This document shows positions 41,027 to 43,884 of a stretch of 43,884 nucleotides of DNA, piece after piece. How positions within the stretch are numbered: the first letter of the stretch is position 1; every line of letters starts with the position of its first letter. The notes under the pieces are model-generated. The model did no database searches. It saw only the letters and a list, made by a program, of their open reading frames with translations, and was not told where the DNA came from. The position numbers and the translations under genes are program-made. Origin of the DNA: an uncultured bacterium (lineage in GTDB: Bacteria; Zixibacteria; MSB-5A5; JAABVY01; JAHJOQ01); the NCBI GenBank assembly GCA_965369655.1, contig CBDUQR010000024.1:1-43884 (forward strand), given 5' to 3'.

Positions 41027-42232
41027 TTACTCCAGAATTTCCGTTACGACGCCGGCGCCGACTGTGCGACCACCCTCACGGATGGCGAAACGAAGCTCCT
41101 TCTCTATCGCAACCTCAGTGTGAAGCTCTACTTCCATCTGGATGTTGTCGCCTGGCATAACCATCTCGACATTCTCAGGAAGCTTGATCGAACCGGTTAC
41201 ATCCGTCGTACGTAAATAAAACTGTGGACGATAACCATTGAAGAACGGCGTGTGACGACCACCCTCCTCTTTCTTCAACACATAAACCTCGCCCATAAAC
41301 TTCTTGTGGGGCTTGATGCTCCCTATCTTCGCGACCACCTGACCACGCTCGATCTCATCCTTGTCTACGCCGCGAAGAAGCAAACCTACATTGTCGCCAG
41401 CCTCACCGCTGTCAAGAATCTTACGGAACATCTCGACGCCTGTCACAACAGTCTTGCGAGTCGCCTTGAATCCCACGATCTCCACCTCTGTGCCTGTCGT
41501 GATTGCGCCACGCTCGATTCGACCCGTAGCTACCGTACCACGACCCGTGATCGAAAAAACATCCTCGACAGGCATCAGGAACGGCTTGTCGGTCTCACGC
41601 TCAGGAGTCGGGATGTAATTGTCGCAAGCATCCATCAACTCATAAACACACTTGAACGAAGGATCATCCTTGATGTCAGGATCTGCCGCTTTAGTCATCG
41701 CCTCGAGCGCACTGCCGCGAATGATCGGAATGTCGTCGCCCGGAAAATCATACGCCGACAAAAGCTCGCGAACCTCAAGCTCTACCAAATCCAAAAGCTC
41801 TGGATCATCAACCTGATCGACTTTGTTCATGAATACTATCATATACGGTACGCCCACCTGACGAGCAAGAAGAATGTGCTCGCGGGTCTGAGGCATCGGA
41901 CCATCCGCGGCTGATACCACAAGTATTGCGCCGTCCATCTGAGCCGCGCCCGTGATCATGTTCTTGATATAATCCGCGTGACCCGGACAATCTACATGAG
42001 CATAGTGACGATTCTTTGTCTCGTACTCAACATGAGCCGTCGCGATCGTGATACCGCGCTCGCGTTCTTCGGGGGCATTGTCAATCGAATCAAATGTACG
42101 TATCTCACTCAAACCGTCGCGAGACAATATCATCGTCATCGCCGCAGTCAACGTCGTCTTGCCATGGTCGACGTGACCGATAGTACCTACGTTGACATGC
42201 GGCTTCGTCCTCTTAAACTTTTCCTTCGCCAT
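41027..42232 (-). CDS. tuf: Elongation factor Tu (tRNA-linked copy)
   Basis: Same protein as the 25248-26453 copy except F for Y at residue 6. Confidence 0.99.
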   Translation of the reverse strand: MAKEKFKRTKPHVNVGTIGHVDHGKTTLTAAMTMILSRDGLSEIRTFDSIDNAPEERERGITIATAHVEYETKNRHYAHVDCPGHADYIKNMITGAAQMDGAILVVSAADGPMPQTREHILLARQVGVPYMIVFMNKVDQVDDPELLDLVELEVRELLSAYDFPGDDIPIIRGSALEAMTKAADPDIKDDPSFKCVYELMDACDNYIPTPERETDKPFLMPVEDVFSITGRGTVATGRIERGAITTGTEVEIVGFKATRKTVVTGVEMFRKILDSGEAGDNVGLLLRGVDKDEIERGQVVAKIGSIKPHKKFMGEVYVLKKEEGGRHTPFFNGYRPQFYLRTTDVTGSIKLPENVEMVMPGDNIQMEVELHTEVAIEKELRFAIREGGRTVGAGVVTEILE

Positions 42233-42294
42233 CTATCGACTCCCTTCCTCAAGGGTTAGGCAAAAAACTTTTCTTGCTCCTCAAACGCACTCAG

Positions 42295-42367
42295 AGCCCA
42301 CGACCAGGATTGAACTGGTGACCTCATCCTTACCAAGGATGTGCTCTACCAACTGAGCTACGTGGGC
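42295..42367 (-). tRNA. tRNA-Thr (GGT)
   Basis: GCCCACG...CGTGGGC acceptor stem, anticodon loop TT-GGT-AA, GTTCAAT T-loop; CCA not encoded. Confidence 0.97.
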
Positions 42368-42428
42368 ATCCCTATTCAAACGCATGGCCGCCCATAAAAA
42401 AACGGACACGTGCCCAAAGTAAACCATG

Positions 42429-42456
42429 AATTTACGAACCCAGGAAATCTTGTCAA
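42429..42456 (-). promoter_or_regulatory. sigma70 promoter for tRNA-Thr/tuf
   Basis: TTGACA-16 bp-TAAATT with an A-tract upstream. Confidence 0.7.
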
Positions 42457-42590
42457 GCGGTTTTTTCTGATTTTCTGCCCGAACCCGACGTTTCTCAACA
42501 AGATATACTGCTCCACCCGGTTCTATCGGCAGAAATGCGGCTCCCTTCAGGCACATTTTTTGTTTACCGCGGAATTTCGCCACCGGGTCA

Positions 42591-42667
42591 TGGAGCGGGA
42601 GACGGGATTCGAACCCGCGACCAACAGCTTGGAAGGCTGTGACTCTAGCCAACTGAGTTACTCCCGC
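42591..42667 (-). tRNA. tRNA-Gly (TCC)
   Basis: GCGGGAG...CTCCCGC acceptor stem, anticodon loop CT-TCC-AA, GGTTCGAAT, encoded CCA. Confidence 0.97.
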
Positions 42668-42677
42668 ACGGCGAATG

Positions 42678-42706
42678 AAGATAATCGCAGGCGTCACGAC
42701 TGTCAA
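42678..42706 (-). promoter_or_regulatory. sigma70 promoter for tRNA-Gly
   Basis: TTGACA-17 bp-TATCTT ending 10 bp before the tRNA 5' end. Confidence 0.7.
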
Positions 42707-42790
42707 GCCCGTTTCGGGAGATGTCCTGCGAAGAGACTCGTCCCAAGCCCGTCCGTCCACGTAACTTCTTCTAATGACTCAGCCAAAATG

Positions 42791-42819
42791 TTGACACCGC
42801 AACGTTAATGCAGCATATT
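42791..42819 (+). promoter_or_regulatory. sigma70 promoter for the TIR-domain gene
   Basis: TTGACA-17 bp-CATATT, divergent from the tRNA-Gly promoter. Confidence 0.65.
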
Positions 42820-42916
42820 CCGTTTATTGGCACTGGTCCAATATGTTGTCACGAATCGGACTTGGAAGTGCAGGGCAGAAAAGACAGTATTTGGAACTAC
42901 AAGTGAGGTAAGCTTG

Positions 42917-43834
42917 ATGTTATATCATATCAGAATACTCCTACCTAAAGAAATGCAGAGCCGCTACAAGTTAGATGTGACTGAAAAAATCCTTATGAAG
43001 AGGATCGTCACTCCATACAAGAACGGCCAGAGTTTTACGTTGTCTGGAAAGACCATAGCACCCACTGATATCAAAGAAATCCAGATAGTACGGACAGAGA
43101 AATCGTCCGAAGAGCTTATGCCATCTATTCGTGCCAAGATACAAGCTGACCAAGAAGCAAGCGGAGTAGGCGCCGCAATCCCCGACGAATATTACTTGAT
43201 GGAACATGGCACAGACGTTACAGATGAATTGTTAACTCAGCCACCCAAGAGCTCGTCAGACAAACAGGCACAAGAGGTCAGTAATACTGTTACGTCGGAT
43301 AGGGAAGTATTTGTTGTGCATGGAAGGAACGATAAAATCAATAAGGCAATGTTTGATTTCCTGCACTCGATTGATTTGAAACCTACTGAGTGGGCCAAAG
43401 CCATCCAGCTTACAGGGAAGAGTGCACCTTACGTGGGCCAAGTCCTAGATGCGGCACTTCCAAATGCACAAGCTGTGATAGTCTTATTGACTCCAGACGA
43501 CATTGTGTATCTGCGAGAGTCTCTCCGTCATCAGAATGATCCCCCTTACGAGAGTGAGCCAACCCCACAAGCGCGGCCGAACGTGCTCTTTGAGGCTGGT
43601 ATGGCCATGGGCCGAAGACCCGAAAGAACGATAATAGTTCAAATAGGGAATTTACGACCTTTCAGCGATATTAGTGGTATACATTTAATCAATATCGATA
43701 GTTCAACTTCCTGGCGCAAGGACATGGCTAATCGACTTCAGAGCGCGGGCTGTGCAGTTGATTTATCTGGAACTGAGTGGTTAACTGCCGGTGTTTTTGA
43801 GTTTGAAGAGCCGAATGAAGAAGAGTTGGTATGA
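42917..43834 (+). CDS. TIR-like (CAP12/Pycsar-type) nucleotide-binding domain protein with unassigned N-terminal domain
   Basis: VFVVHGR, AVIVLLTPDD, QARPNVLFEAG, PFSDISG motifs in the C-terminal half; start moved to ATG 42917 after GAGGT (305 aa). Confidence 0.88.
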   Translation: MLYHIRILLPKEMQSRYKLDVTEKILMKRIVTPYKNGQSFTLSGKTIAPTDIKEIQIVRTEKSSEELMPSIRAKIQADQEASGVGAAIPDEYYLMEHGTDVTDELLTQPPKSSSDKQAQEVSNTVTSDREVFVVHGRNDKINKAMFDFLHSIDLKPTEWAKAIQLTGKSAPYVGQVLDAALPNAQAVIVLLTPDDIVYLRESLRHQNDPPYESEPTPQARPNVLFEAGMAMGRRPERTIIVQIGNLRPFSDISGIHLINIDSSTSWRKDMANRLQSAGCAVDLSGTEWLTAGVFEFEEPNEEELV

Positions 43835-43884
43835 ACCTCCCCCGATTAAGTGGACACATCGAGAAGATAGAGTTTTATTCTATT
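43832..43884. mobile_element. Possible IS3-family terminal inverted repeat (element would run off the window)
   Basis: TGAACCTCCCCCGATTAAGTGGACAC resembles IS3-type ends (5'-TGA...AGTGGACAC); no transposase or partner repeat visible. Confidence 0.5.

Noticed and set aside
42591-42790. tRNA-Gly as the attachment site of the TIR island
   Set aside because: The foreign-looking DNA lies 5' of the tRNA, not at its 3' end; no duplicated tRNA fragment or integrase in the window
42917-43834. Calling the TIR gene a CBASS, Pycsar or Thoeris system
   Set aside because: No cyclase, STING, cNMP-binding domain or ThsA partner is visible; only the TIR subtype is supported

Overview
Bacterial chromosomal window, almost all on the minus strand. 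A complete housekeeping superoperon (9737-42667) runs tRNA-Gly, tRNA-Thr, tuf, rpmG, tRNA-Trp, secE, nusG, rplKAJL, rpoBC, rpsL-rpsG-fusA-tuf, then the S10, spc and alpha clusters. It is followed, after a terminator and a sigma54-type promoter, by a flagellar operon (flgB-flgC-orf-fliEFGHIJ). At the left end a 770-aa polytopic membrane/TPR-like protein is flanked by REP-like palindromes, including a ~400-bp mosaic of several nested families. At the right end a lower-GC gene encodes an unassigned N-terminal domain fused to a CAP12/Pycsar-type TIR domain (candidate defence effector). Its stop codon is also the first 3 bp of an IS3-like terminal repeat, or the ATGA junction of a coupled downstream gene. 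Within the core cluster, the EF-G lacks two normally conserved domain IV tip residues and sits behind a terminator-like hairpin that occludes its RBS. RpoC has AAY instead of AVH next to NADFDGD, and there are several internal promoters and structured spacers. All calls are by eye from motifs and synteny; no searches were run, and taxonomy cannot be established from this alone.
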